Positions 10,772 to 20,724 of a stretch of 64,000 bases of DNA are shown in pieces (positions within the stretch are counted from its first letter, which is position 1; each line of letters begins with the position of its first letter). The notes beneath the pieces are model-generated. The model was not told the origin of the DNA, did not search any database, and saw only the letters and a program-made list of their open reading frames with translations. The DNA comes from Pseudomonadota bacterium (GTDB taxonomy: Bacteria; Pseudomonadota; Gammaproteobacteria; Burkholderiales; JAKAFK01). The stretch lies in assembly GCA_021817985.1 (NCBI GenBank), contig JAKAFK010000001.1, forward strand, positions 8,523 to 72,522, read 5' to 3'. A program made the position numbers and the translations under genes.

Positions 10772-12133
10772 ATGCTTCGTACTTTGTCCATGCCGCTCGA
10801 TGGGCCCGCGATCACGGTCGGCGAACTCAACCGCAAAGCACGCGCCTTGCTCGAGCAGGCTTTTCCCCTTCTCTGGATCACGGGAGAGATCAGCAATCTG
10901 ACACGCGCATCCTCCGGCCATTGGTATTTCTCGCTCAAGGACGACAAGGCCCAGGTGCGCTGCGTCATGTTCCGGCACAAGAACCAGCATCTGGATTTCA
11001 TCCCGGCGAACGGACTGCAGGTCGAGGCTCGCGGATTGGTGAGCCTTTATGAACCGAGGGGCGACTTTCAGGTCACCGTCGAGACCATGCGCCGCTCCGG
11101 CTTGGGGGCGCTCTTCGAAGCCTTCGAGAAGCTCAAGCTCAAGCTCGACCGGGAGGGCTTATTCGCCGCCGCCCGGAAGCGCCCCCTCCCGACGTTCCCG
11201 CGGCAAGTCGGGATTGTGACTTCCCCCGCGGGTGCCGTCGTGCACGACGTGCTGACCACCCTCAGGCGGCGCTGGCCCGGCCTGCCGGTCGTCATCTATC
11301 CAACGCCCGTGCAGGGGGAAGGCGCTGCCCAAAAAATCGCCGAGGCGGTCGAGACAGCGGGCCGCCGTCAGGAATGCGACGTGTTGATCCTGGCCCGCGG
11401 CGGCGGCAGCATCGAGGATCTTTGGCCATTCAACGAGGAAATCGTCGCGCGGGCCCTGTTCCACTGCGCCATCCCGATCGTCTCCGGAGTGGGGCACGAG
11501 ACCGATTTCACCATCGCCGATTTCGTGGCCGACCAGCGTGCGCCAACGCCGACGGCTGCCGCCGAGATGGTGAGCCCGAACCGCGCCGCCCTCGCCCCGC
11601 GCGTCGCGTCGCTGTCCGAGCGCTTACGACGGCTGGGCGCACGCGCCGTGGAAACGCGCATGCAGCACCTCGACCACCTGCTGCGGCGTCTGGTGCACCC
11701 CGGACACCATCTGGCCAGCCAGGCCGCTCATCTCGCGCATCTGGGCCAGAGGCTGAAGAGCGCCTTTCACCGACGCCTCGACGAACGTCGTTTTCAGGCC
11801 GATCGCCTGGAAGGCCGCCTCGCGCGCAGGCGACCGGACGTCATGGCGTTAGGACAGCCGGTCGGCAACCTGCGGCATCGTCTGCACGGCGCACTGGCAC
11901 AGCGGCTCGAGATGCATGCCGCCGTGTTGGGAAGGCTCGAGGCTAATCTGGACCACCTCAATCCGCACGGCGTGCTCGACCGAGGGTACGCCATCGTCCA
12001 GACGCAGGACGGCCACATCATTCGCGACACTCAGCAAGTGCGCATTGGCGACGGACTTGAGATCATGCTCGCCCGGGGCGCGATGAAGGCCCGAGTCACG
12101 CAGACGGACCACGGCGACCCCACCCCGGTTTAA
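10772..12133 (+). CDS. xseA: Exodeoxyribonuclease VII large subunit
   Basis: An OB-fold N-terminus ([20 protein letters not shown]) plus the catalytic and coiled-coil regions typical of XseA, 453 aa. Confidence 0.9.
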   Translation: MLRTLSMPLDGPAITVGELNRKARALLEQAFPLLWITGEISNLTRASSGHWYFSLKDDKAQVRCVMFRHKNQHLDFIPANGLQVEARGLVSLYEPRGDFQVTVETMRRSGLGALFEAFEKLKLKLDREGLFAAARKRPLPTFPRQVGIVTSPAGAVVHDVLTTLRRRWPGLPVVIYPTPVQGEGAAQKIAEAVETAGRRQECDVLILARGGGSIEDLWPFNEEIVARALFHCAIPIVSGVGHETDFTIADFVADQRAPTPTAAAEMVSPNRAALAPRVASLSERLRRLGARAVETRMQHLDHLLRRLVHPGHHLASQAAHLAHLGQRLKSAFHRRLDERRFQADRLEGRLARRRPDVMALGQPVGNLRHRLHGALAQRLEMHAAVLGRLEANLDHLNPHGVLDRGYAIVQTQDGHIIRDTQQVRIGDGLEIMLARGAMKARVTQTDHGDPTPV

Positions 12134-12224
12134 TTAAGTGGCCGCCCCCAAGGCGGTTCGGCACGGGACAGGCGAACGGCCGGGGCGCGCCCGAGCCTTT
12201 GCCCGGCAAGACCTCGTCAGCGGC

Positions 12225-13139
12225 TCATGGCATGCGCAAACCCCGGCGCCTGTGCGCGAAGCCCGCGAGAACAACCAGCCCCGAGGCGAGCAACCCCATG
12301 GCAGAAGGCAAGGGCACCGGGGCTGGGTCATACCCGATCACATCCAGCGCGGTAAGATCGCCCGGGGAAACCGGCAACTTCACCCCAGCGGTTGCGAAGG
12401 CGTTGTAGGCATCGGGCGTGAGCCCGGCCCAATCCCCCAAATCGCCGGCAGGATTTGTATTGAAAGTATTGATGACCGTACTTCCGCCATCGATGGAAAA
12501 ATTGGTTCCCCCCGCGCCGGTGCGGAACAGATCAAGCACGGAATAGCAGTTCGTGCACATCCCCCAGAGGCTGTAGCGTCCCATCACCTGGCTGATTTCA
12601 TGCTCGGCGACCGCAACGAAGTCGAATTGGCTCGGCGCTGGGGTCGTGTTTGCGAAATTCCAGTTCACCCCGCTGCCAAATCCGACGGCACCATCGCTCC
12701 CCGACGCATTGCCAGGAAGAAGGGACAAGGCCTTCTCCTGGGCGGTTGCAACGGCAAAGGCGGAATCCGCGGCGGGATTGACAAGATGCGCCAAGGCGGT
12801 GGCATCGCTCGCGGTCTTCGCATCGGCGCTCAGCGCCGCCTTGACCTGACCGAACGTGTAAGGTCCCTGGGCATTGGTGGCGCTTTCGCCGAGAACGTTG
12901 GAGCCCAAGGGCGCATTTGCCACCTCGCCCCAACCCACCTGAAGATTGACCGTGATCGGGTCACTGAAATGCGTGGCGTAAAATTGGGTCGCGCTCTGAA
13001 ATGCGGGTACGAATCCAGCCGGTGCGCTGCTCACGCTAGGATCGTAGCTGAGGTTGAAGTTCAGTGCATCAGCGGCTCGCGGTGCACCAAGCCCTAAGGC
13101 AGCCGTCGTTAGCGCGCCCAGAATCAAGGATGAACGCAT
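12225..13139 (-). CDS. Secreted PEP-CTERM-type sorting-domain protein with a zincin-like but degenerate HEISQ motif
   Basis: Signal peptide MRSSLILGALTTAALGLGAPRAA. C-terminal VPLPSAMGLLASGLVVLAGFAHRRRG gives the PEP-CTERM architecture (P-x-P, TM helix, Arg cluster). ATG at 13139 follows GGAGG. Confidence 0.75.
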   Translation of the reverse strand: MRSSLILGALTTAALGLGAPRAADALNFNLSYDPSVSSAPAGFVPAFQSATQFYATHFSDPITVNLQVGWGEVANAPLGSNVLGESATNAQGPYTFGQVKAALSADAKTASDATALAHLVNPAADSAFAVATAQEKALSLLPGNASGSDGAVGFGSGVNWNFANTTPAPSQFDFVAVAEHEISQVMGRYSLWGMCTNCYSVLDLFRTGAGGTNFSIDGGSTVINTFNTNPAGDLGDWAGLTPDAYNAFATAGVKLPVSPGDLTALDVIGYDPAPVPLPSAMGLLASGLVVLAGFAHRRRGLRMP

Positions 13140-13999
13140 GATTGCCTCCAAGTGAAGAGTCCCCTCCCCGGACACGGGTCAGTTTCGAGTTCTGTCACAG
13201 TAGGCGGTGAATCGATCTCCCTGATGGACTTGTGCGATGGCTCTCTCTAATGGACGAGGATGCTTCTGGGAATAGTCGCTGGAGATGTGCAGCACGGACA
13301 CGGCCGCCGCCTCATGGTCCCGACTGCCGCGTGCCAACGCCCCCACGAGCAAACTATAGGACAGCCGATAGAGATTTCAACAAATTCGCCCTATCCGAAA
13401 ATACAAAGAGGCCGTTTCGACGCGGCCGTCTCGCGTTCACGCCGTCACTGATGAACGCCGGGCGATCGGGGTGGGGCCGCAGGCATCGACCCGATAGATC
13501 CAAGGCCTGAGAACGGCCCCACCATGTTCGAGCAGGGCACACCCGAGGCGGATGTCGGAATTACTTACAACGCCCACACACCCCATGGGCGTGCCATTGC
13601 CGGCACCGATAGCTATTCACATGTTGAATGATGGCTAGGCCCATGTCATGGCAAGGCACCAACAGCGCCCTACGGGAATCGGCGGGGGCCTTGCCGGATG
13701 AATCGCGAAGAAATTCCCGCCAATCCTCGTTCGGCCCTCTTTTCCAGCCGCGGCCGATTCGGGACTGCGAGCGTTCCGATTGGGCCGTCGACCGCCGTTT
13801 TGGCTGTATGTTTTGACTGTTGCATCGCCGCGAGACGCATTGACGAAGGGCCGGTGCAAACGCGCCGACACGAAATTTCAGAGAGCGATATCGTAATATT
13901 GCGTAGGCTTTCTATGATTTATGTCGGAGATATTTACATAATAGGATATTACACACATATTTCATACTTATTATCAATCGCTTCTGATACTTCGAATAT

Positions 14000-14015
14000 T
14001 GGCATAGTTATCGCT
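14000..14015 (+). promoter_or_regulatory. Candidate sigma-54 (-24/-12) promoter for the downstream PEP-CTERM gene
   Basis: TGGCAT-N5-TCGCT gives GG (14001-14002), then 10 nt, then GC (14013-14014), which is the canonical GG-N10-GC spacing. It lies ~48 nt upstream of the ATG at 14063 at the end of a strongly AT-rich block. Confidence 0.4.
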
Positions 14016-14062
14016 TAGCCGTCACCGCACCTCCACTTTTCCAACGAACGGGAGCAATAGTC

Positions 14063-15103
14063 ATGTCAAAACCGAATACCAAAGCCGGACGGCTGTGGGT
14101 ATCGACCCTATTGATGGTGTTCGCAGGCGCGGCGCATGCGACTCCCGTCAGGACGACGCTGTACTTCACGACTTACAACGGGGGAGGCCCGGATGTATGG
14201 AAGACCACAGCGACCTATGCGGGGAACGGCACGGCAGGAAACGGTACCTTTTCCCCGGGAACCGCGACCAATATCGCGATCACGCCGGGAGCCGATGGAA
14301 TTGTCCTAAATCCGAATAACAAACGACTTCTGGTCGGGGGGCAGGGGACAGGCCAAATTTACCAAGTCAACCCAAACAATGGCGCCTACACCGCGCTGAA
14401 CGCGGGCATGAATGCCTATGAGGTGACCGTGGATCCGAACAATGACGTGGTGTGGGGCGGCGGCAGCGAAGGCGGCGCCGTCACATTTACATCCGTTCCG
14501 ATCAATCCCCCCGGGGGGGCACCGACGGTCGCAACGGCCCATATGGCGTCCGGCGCTCCGATTTCCATTACTCATCTCACGTTCGCGCCGGGCCAAGCCG
14601 CAGGAACGGCGTTTTATACGTCAGGCGGAGATGGCGGCGGGGGGAGCTTCGGGACCATTGATCTGGCGACGGGTCTGGTGACGCCCATCTTTACGAACGT
14701 GCAATACGCACACGGCATGGTGTATGACCCTTTTACGGGTGATCTCATCATTTCCGGCGGCAACGAACTGGCCCAAATCAACCCGACCACGGACGCGGTG
14801 GTCTCGACAGGGCTCTTCGGAACGGACGTGCTCGACCAGGGGGCGGTCGATGGAAACGGTAACCTCTATTGGGCGGACAACAACGGCAATCTGCTGTATG
14901 TCAATTACTCAACCACGAAGCTAATCGGATCGCCGTCGAACTTTGTATCCAATAATTTCTATATGTCCCAGTTGGATGATTTCGCACCCCTCGTCGGGGC
15001 CGGAGGGACGAACAACCATACAACCGTCCCCGAACCGGCCACCCTGGCCCTGATGGGCCTCGGCTTCGCCGGCTTGAGCTGGGCGCGGCGCCGCAAATCC
15101 TGA
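14063..15103 (+). CDS. Secreted PEP-CTERM sorting-domain protein (repeat/propeller-like body)
   Basis: Signal peptide (..LLMVFAGAAHATP) and canonical C-terminus TVPEPATLALMGLGFAGLSWARRRKS. GGGAG RBS upstream. Confidence 0.85.
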   Translation: MSKPNTKAGRLWVSTLLMVFAGAAHATPVRTTLYFTTYNGGGPDVWKTTATYAGNGTAGNGTFSPGTATNIAITPGADGIVLNPNNKRLLVGGQGTGQIYQVNPNNGAYTALNAGMNAYEVTVDPNNDVVWGGGSEGGAVTFTSVPINPPGGAPTVATAHMASGAPISITHLTFAPGQAAGTAFYTSGGDGGGGSFGTIDLATGLVTPIFTNVQYAHGMVYDPFTGDLIISGGNELAQINPTTDAVVSTGLFGTDVLDQGAVDGNGNLYWADNNGNLLYVNYSTTKLIGSPSNFVSNNFYMSQLDDFAPLVGAGGTNNHTTVPEPATLALMGLGFAGLSWARRRKS

Positions 15104-15126
15104 TCGGTTGCACGCTTAGGGGAATG

Positions 15127-15156
15127 AATGGCGGCTCGGGAGCCGCCATTTTTTTG
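15127..15156 (+). terminator. Rho-independent terminator
   Basis: AATGGCGGCTC / GAGCCGCCATT is a perfect 10-11 bp stem, followed directly by TTTTTTT. Confidence 0.85.
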
Positions 15157-15264
15157 TCGAAAGAGGGTCGGCCTTCCATTCCGAACGATCCTTGGCGGCG
15201 CCTGAACCCGGCGACTCGCCTCGCACCCGGCTTGTGGCCTCGGCAGCATCCGTACGCGCCGGCG

Positions 15265-16233
15265 CTAACGCCTACCCTGCCAGTCCGCCAGATGCGCGCC
15301 CACCTTGCGGGCCAGTTCGGGCGAGAAGCAGTCGAAGCATACCGGTTGCGTCAAGCCGCGAAGCCAGGTGAGCTGTCGCTTCGCCAACTGGCGCGTCGCC
15401 GCGATACCCTTCTCGCGCAGCATCGCATACCCGTACTCACCCTCGAGGTACTGCCAGGCTTGGCGATAGCCCACACAGCGCATCGCGGGCAACTCCGGCG
15501 TTAGGGAAAAACGCTGGCGCAACGCAGCGAGTTCCTCCACCAACCCGGCATCGAGCATGGCCTCGAAACGTTCGGCAATACGCCGGTGCAAAAGGCTTCG
15601 GTCGGTCGGGGCCAAGGCGAGTTCGATTCGCGAATAGGGAAACGTCGCTTGCGGCTTGTTCTCGAGCGCCGCCGACATCGGCTGCCCGCTCAGATGACAC
15701 ACCTCCAGGGCGCGCTGGATGCGCTGCGCATCATTGGGCTTGAGACACCGGGCCGTCTTGGGATCCAGCCGCGCAAGCTCCGCATGCAAGGCCGCCCAGC
15801 CCAGCGCCTTGGCGCGCCGTTCGATCGCTTCCCGAAGGACAGGATCCGCCGGTGGAAGCTCCGAGAGCCCTTGCGTCAGCGCGCGGAAATAAAGGAGCGT
15901 CCCGCCGACCAGGAGCGGAATGCGGCCGCGCGCCGTAATTTCACCCATCACCCGTAGCGCGTCCTCGCGAAACTGGGCCGCAGAGTAGCGCTCCGTGGGC
16001 TCAATGAGGTCGATCAGATGGTGGGGCGCCCGCGCCAGGGTATCCTTGTCCGGCTTCGCCGTGCCCACGTCCATGTGCCGGTAGACCAGCGCCGAGTCGA
16101 CGCTCACGATCTCGCACCCATACGCTTGCGCCAGTTCACAGGCAAGTTCGGTCTTGCCGCTCGCGGTGGGCCCCATGAGCAGAATGGCTGGCGGAAGGCG
16201 CCGTTCCGGCTGTGCGCGGGACAAGGACGTCAT
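15265..16233 (-). CDS. miaA: tRNA dimethylallyltransferase
   Basis: LLMGPTASGKTELA P-loop and MiaA-like length. ATGA overlap with the mutL stop. Confidence 0.9.
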   Translation of the reverse strand: MTSLSRAQPERRLPPAILLMGPTASGKTELACELAQAYGCEIVSVDSALVYRHMDVGTAKPDKDTLARAPHHLIDLIEPTERYSAAQFREDALRVMGEITARGRIPLLVGGTLLYFRALTQGLSELPPADPVLREAIERRAKALGWAALHAELARLDPKTARCLKPNDAQRIQRALEVCHLSGQPMSAALENKPQATFPYSRIELALAPTDRSLLHRRIAERFEAMLDAGLVEELAALRQRFSLTPELPAMRCVGYRQAWQYLEGEYGYAMLREKGIAATRQLAKRQLTWLRGLTQPVCFDCFSPELARKVGAHLADWQGRR

Positions 16234-17999
16234 TGGCCTCGCCGAAAGAGCTTATCCAGGTCCTTGAGAGGGATCCGAGACCACGTGGGCCGGCCATGGT
16301 TGCACTGGTCGGCACGCTCCGTGGCTTCCATCTCCCTCAGCAACGCGTTCATCTCCGCGATGGTCAGACTGCGGTTGGCCCGGACGGCGCCATGGCAAGC
16401 GAGCGTCGCCAACAGTTCGTTGCGACGCTCCTCCACCAGACGCGTGGCCCCAAAGGCCCGCAGATCCTTCACCAGCGCCTTGGCCAGGGCACTCACGTCA
16501 CCGTCTGCGAGCAGCGCGGGTACCGCCCGGACGACAACGGCAGTCGGCGAGAGCGCGGCCATGTCGAACCCCAGTTCCCTGAGCCGTTCGCGCTCCTCCT
16601 CGACCGCCGCCACGTCCAGAGCGTCGGCCGGGAAAGTGACCGGAATGAGCAACGGCTGCGCGGCAATCGCCTTGGCATCAAAGGCCGCCTTGAGCTTCTC
16701 GTAGACGATGCGCTCGTGGGCCGCGTGCATATCGACGACTACCAAGCCTTCCTCGTTCTGCGCCAGCACATAGATGCCCTTGAGCTGCCCGATGGCGTAA
16801 CCCAGCGGGGGCGTGACGGTCTGATCCTCGGTCGGGTCCGAAGGAGAGGTCTGAGGCACAGGCCAGCGGCCGAAGAGTGCCCCATAAACGTCCGCCGTCG
16901 GTGGCGCCTGAAAGGCCATGGCCGTCTGGCGCATGGCCGGCGGCGCAAGAGCCGCATCCGGGGGGGGCGCGGCATCACGACCATGCATCGGCGAAGCACC
17001 CAGGGCCGACGTCCTGGAGAGCGCCTGTTGAAGCGCATGATAGACGAACTGGTGCACGCCCCGCGCCTCGCGAAAGCGCACTTCTGATTTTGTCGGATGG
17101 ACGTTGACATCCACCCCTTCCGGGTCGAGATCGAGGTACAAGACGAAGGCGGGATGACGGTCGTGGTGCAGCATGTCCGCATAGGCTTCGCGGATCGCGT
17201 GCGCGAGCAGCTTGTCGCGCACGAAGCGCCCGTTGACGAAGACATACTGCGCGTCGCGGCTGGCGCTTCCGTATGTGGGATAAGCCGCCATGCCGGAAAG
17301 CCGCAGCCCGCCTCCCGACACCTCGACGCGTGCGGCGTTCTCCCCGAATTCAGCCCCGAGGATATCGACGATCCGCCGCGCCGCCCCCCCCTCGCCGCGC
17401 GCCAGATGCCGTTGCACCCGGCCGTTGTGCTGCAGCGTGAAACCGACATCGGCGCGCGACAGCGCAAGGCGCTTGAACGCCTCGTCGCAGTGCCCGAACT
17501 CGGTCGCCTCGCTTCTCAAGAACTTGCGCCGCGCCGGGGTGTTGAAAAAGAGGTCCTTGACCTCGACGACCGTCCCGGTGGGACCTGCCGCCGGCTCGAT
17601 TTCGGACATCTGGCCGCCCTGGGACTCGATGCGATAGCCATGCGGGTCACCGGCCATGCGGCTCGTGATCGCCATGCGGGAGACCGCCGCAATGCTGGCC
17701 AAGGCCTCGCCGCGAAAGCCCATGCTGCGCACCCGAATCAGGTCCTCCAGCGAACCGATCTTACTGGTCGCATGGCGCTCGAGCGCGAGCGGGAGCTCTG
17801 CTTTCGGGATGCCCATCCCCTGGTCAGCGACTCGAATGAGCTTCACGCCGCCGCCGGCGAGCTGCACCGAAATGTCCCGGGCGCCTGCATCCAGGCTGTT
17901 CTCAAGCAGTTCCTTGAGCGCCGAGGCCGGCCGCTCGACGACCTCGCCGGCAGCGATCTGATTGATGAGAAGGTCGGGCAGAAGACGAATGGAGGGCAT
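16230..17999 (-). CDS. mutL: DNA mismatch repair protein MutL
   Basis: N-terminal GHKL ATPase motifs (IAAGEVVERPASALKELLENSLDAG) and a C-terminal dimerisation domain, 589 aa. Confidence 0.95.
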   Translation of the reverse strand: MPSIRLLPDLLINQIAAGEVVERPASALKELLENSLDAGARDISVQLAGGGVKLIRVADQGMGIPKAELPLALERHATSKIGSLEDLIRVRSMGFRGEALASIAAVSRMAITSRMAGDPHGYRIESQGGQMSEIEPAAGPTGTVVEVKDLFFNTPARRKFLRSEATEFGHCDEAFKRLALSRADVGFTLQHNGRVQRHLARGEGGAARRIVDILGAEFGENAARVEVSGGGLRLSGMAAYPTYGSASRDAQYVFVNGRFVRDKLLAHAIREAYADMLHHDRHPAFVLYLDLDPEGVDVNVHPTKSEVRFREARGVHQFVYHALQQALSRTSALGASPMHGRDAAPPPDAALAPPAMRQTAMAFQAPPTADVYGALFGRWPVPQTSPSDPTEDQTVTPPLGYAIGQLKGIYVLAQNEEGLVVVDMHAAHERIVYEKLKAAFDAKAIAAQPLLIPVTFPADALDVAAVEEERERLRELGFDMAALSPTAVVVRAVPALLADGDVSALAKALVKDLRAFGATRLVEERRNELLATLACHGAVRANRSLTIAEMNALLREMEATERADQCNHGRPTWSRIPLKDLDKLFRRGQ

Positions 18000-18868
18000 T
18001 CACACAAGGCCAGCAGGAGGTCCCATCGATGCGCCGCCGAGCGCGATGCTCTCGGGAGCTTAGCGCACTATAACGGCAGCAGCCTGGCGCTGGCAAGAGG
18101 AACGCTCGCCAGCATCGGCGGTTCGGGCTGTTGGGCGCTGTAACCGCGAGGCGAGAAGGGTCATCGCCGGGCCGGCATTGATTCGGGGACCGGCGAGATC
18201 GCCGGGGCGATTGTCCACGTCAGGCGGATCGAGCGTCCCGGCGATAGCCGCCGGGTACCGGCCATTCGCGACGGCCTCGGAATCCTGGCTTGCGGCCTTG
18301 TAGGAGTGGGCCCCGACGATCACGTCCGTGCTGCCCGTGCCGGGCTGCAGGCTGTTATCGAGCATCTGCCCGGCGCCCGGCCCGCCGCAGAAGGCGACAG
18401 GACCGCGCCCCACCACGGCGCTCGTCACGGCATTGTCGCCGCCGTAGCGGCCGGTCGGCCACTTGATCCCGAGCTGAACGCCCAGGCTGTGCAGGGACAG
18501 GAACCCCTGATCGCTCACGATGGTCTCGAGGCCGCCCACGCCATCGCCTGTTAGCCCATGGCGGCATCGGTGGACCGCGAGGAGCCGCAGATCGCGCGCG
18601 CCCAGACCCATCGGACACCGGCCCGAAGATGGGCGCAGCGCAGGATCTCAGCACAGCCGGGTATCCCACGACGCTGGACGCTGGACGAAAAGGTCGCTGC
18701 GGGCGACGTCCTATTCACGGCCTCCCTTTTTGCCGGTCGGCGGTTCGGTGCCCTGCGTGGGGCAACCTTATGGTGTGGGCGGCCGACCGCTTCTCGCGCG
18801 GTGTCGGCGCTATTCCAAAGGCCCATGGCGGAATGGAGGTGCGATTCGATCAGGGTCGAGGGTAGCGT

Positions 18869-20260
18869 TCAGTTCTCTGCCAAACGGTCGGCAGAGGTCG
18901 GCGGGTTGGTGGCGAGGTACTCGCGAACCCCGCCCAAGATGGCCTTCGCCATATCCTCCTGGAACGAAGGCTCCACGAGTTTATGCTCTTCGCTGGAATT
19001 CGTGAGAAACCCCGTCTCAATCAGAATGGAGGGCACGTCCGGATCCCTGAGGACTGCAAAATTGGCCTGTTCCACGCGCCCATCGTGAAGGTCGTTGAAG
19101 GCGCCCACTTTCGACAGCACGTCCTTGCCGAAGTCCAGGCTGTCGTGGATGGTCGCCGTCTGCGACAGGTCAAGAAGCGTCTCGGCCAGGTACGGGTCCT
19201 TGCGGCTGGGCAATCTCACGCCGCCAATCCGATCGGCGTTGTTCTCGCTGCGTGCGAACCAACGCGCTTCCGAGTCCGTCGCGCCGCGCTGCGACAGCGC
19301 GAACACCATCGTCCCGTGCGCCTGAGGATCCGATGGCAATGAATTGGCATGAATCGAAATGAACAAGTCGGCCTTCATGGCGCGCGCCTCCTGGACCCGC
19401 TCGCCCAGAGGCACGAAATAATTGCCGTTGCGGGTCATGTGCGCGACCATGTTGGGCTGCGCGTCGATGAGCGCCTTGAGCTTGCGGGCGATGGCCAAGG
19501 TGATGTTCTTTTCCTCCACGCCATCGGGCGCTATTGCGCCCGTGTCCTTGCCCCCGTGCCCGGGATCGATGCAGATGACGATGCGGTGTTCGAGGCGGGG
19601 CCGGATCAAGGCCAACTGCTCTCCGTCTGCCCGGCGTGCCTCATGGCCGGCTTCGCCACCCGAAGCCCCGTGCGTCGCCGTCATGGCGACTGGCATAGGG
19701 ACGGCCGCGGGTCCCGGCCCCCGGTAGCGCGCGACGCGCGAATGTTGTGGAGGAGACTTCCCCTCCAATGCCGCCAAGGCGGACGTGGCGCCCGGATGAT
19801 GGAGATCGACGACCAGCCGATAGCCATACTCCCCGGTCGGCGGCTGCAAGTCGACCGACGCGACGCTCGCATCGTCGAGTTCGACCACCAGGCGGACGAT
19901 CTGGGGCGTAAACTGCCCGATGCGCACCCCTTTCACCTCGGACGCGCTGCTGGGCGTGCTCTGGGCAAACGCGCGCAATATCTCGTTGAGTTCGACGCCT
20001 TGCATGTCGATCACCAAGCGCCGGGGATGGTCGAGGGTAAAATAGTCGTATTTGAGCGGGCTTGCCGATTCGAGCGTGATGCGGGTGCGATGACCTCGCA
20101 CGTTCATGTGGGCCGCCGCGATGAGTGCGGCGCGAATGGACGGACTGTAGCCGAAGGCAAGACCGCACGCGGCGATGAACAATACCGCGAGCCCGGTGCT
20201 TCGCAGGCCAGGTCTGGCGCCTCCTCGTCTCAGATGGGTTCTCGCAATCGACGCAGGCAC
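18869..20260 (-). CDS. amiC: N-acetylmuramoyl-L-alanine amidase (AmiC-like, with AMIN domain)
   Basis: AMIN-like N-terminal domain plus an Amidase_3 core (IVICIDPGHGGKDTGA.., SIHANS). GTG start. Confidence 0.85.
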   Translation of the reverse strand: MPASIARTHLRRGGARPGLRSTGLAVLFIAACGLAFGYSPSIRAALIAAAHMNVRGHRTRITLESASPLKYDYFTLDHPRRLVIDMQGVELNEILRAFAQSTPSSASEVKGVRIGQFTPQIVRLVVELDDASVASVDLQPPTGEYGYRLVVDLHHPGATSALAALEGKSPPQHSRVARYRGPGPAAVPMPVAMTATHGASGGEAGHEARRADGEQLALIRPRLEHRIVICIDPGHGGKDTGAIAPDGVEEKNITLAIARKLKALIDAQPNMVAHMTRNGNYFVPLGERVQEARAMKADLFISIHANSLPSDPQAHGTMVFALSQRGATDSEARWFARSENNADRIGGVRLPSRKDPYLAETLLDLSQTATIHDSLDFGKDVLSKVGAFNDLHDGRVEQANFAVLRDPDVPSILIETGFLTNSSEEHKLVEPSFQEDMAKAILGGVREYLATNPPTSADRLAEN

Positions 20261-20724
20261 TCGTTCCCCTTCCCCGTTATCGCTTCTATGACGACATTCC
20301 TTCCTAGGCCGTTGATTTCCAACGAGATGATAAAGTCCGGGAGCGGCAGGAGATCACCGCCTCTCTCCGGCCATTCCACCAGGCAAACCGCACCCTCGTT
20401 GAAGTGATCGCGCAATCCCGCATCGACCCATTCGTGAGGATCGTTCATTCGATAGAAATCAAAGTGATATAAGTTTAAACTAGAAATTACGTAATGTTCA
20501 ACTAATGTGTAGGTCGGACTCTTGACCTTGCCGGGGTAGCCGAGAGCGCGCAGGATGGCGCGCACCAGCTCGGTCTTGCCGGCCCCCAGATGCCCGCGCA
20601 AATGAATGGTCAGCCCAGGCTGCAAGACTGCGGCCAGACGGTGCCCCAGCGCCTGCGTCGCGGCCACGTCGGGCAAAAAGCCAGTCAACCTTGCGGCAGA
20701 AGGATCTTCATGAACATCCGTCAA
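20230..20724 (-). CDS. tsaE: tRNA t6A37 biosynthesis ATPase TsaE (start uncertain)
   Basis: Has the TsaE signature LRGHLGAGKTELVRAILRALG. The ORF-track start is TTG. The 3' end overlaps the amiC start. Confidence 0.8.
   Translation of the reverse strand: MTDVHEDPSAARLTGFLPDVAATQALGHRLAAVLQPGLTIHLRGHLGAGKTELVRAILRALGYPGKVKSPTYTLVEHYVISSLNLYHFDFYRMNDPHEWVDAGLRDHFNEGAVCLVEWPERGGDLLPLPDFIISLEINGLGRNVVIEAITGKGNECLRRLREPI

Noticed and set aside
13325-13345. TGGCAC on the minus strand as a sigma-54 promoter for the other PEP-CTERM gene (12225-13139).
   Set aside because: The -12 position carries TC instead of GC at the required spacing. The site lies ~190 nt from the start codon.
20710-20724. 15-nt head-to-head overlap of tsaE and queG start regions.
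   Set aside because: It depends on the ORF-track TTG start of tsaE. A downstream start is equally compatible with TsaE homologues, so the overlap is probably an annotation artefact.
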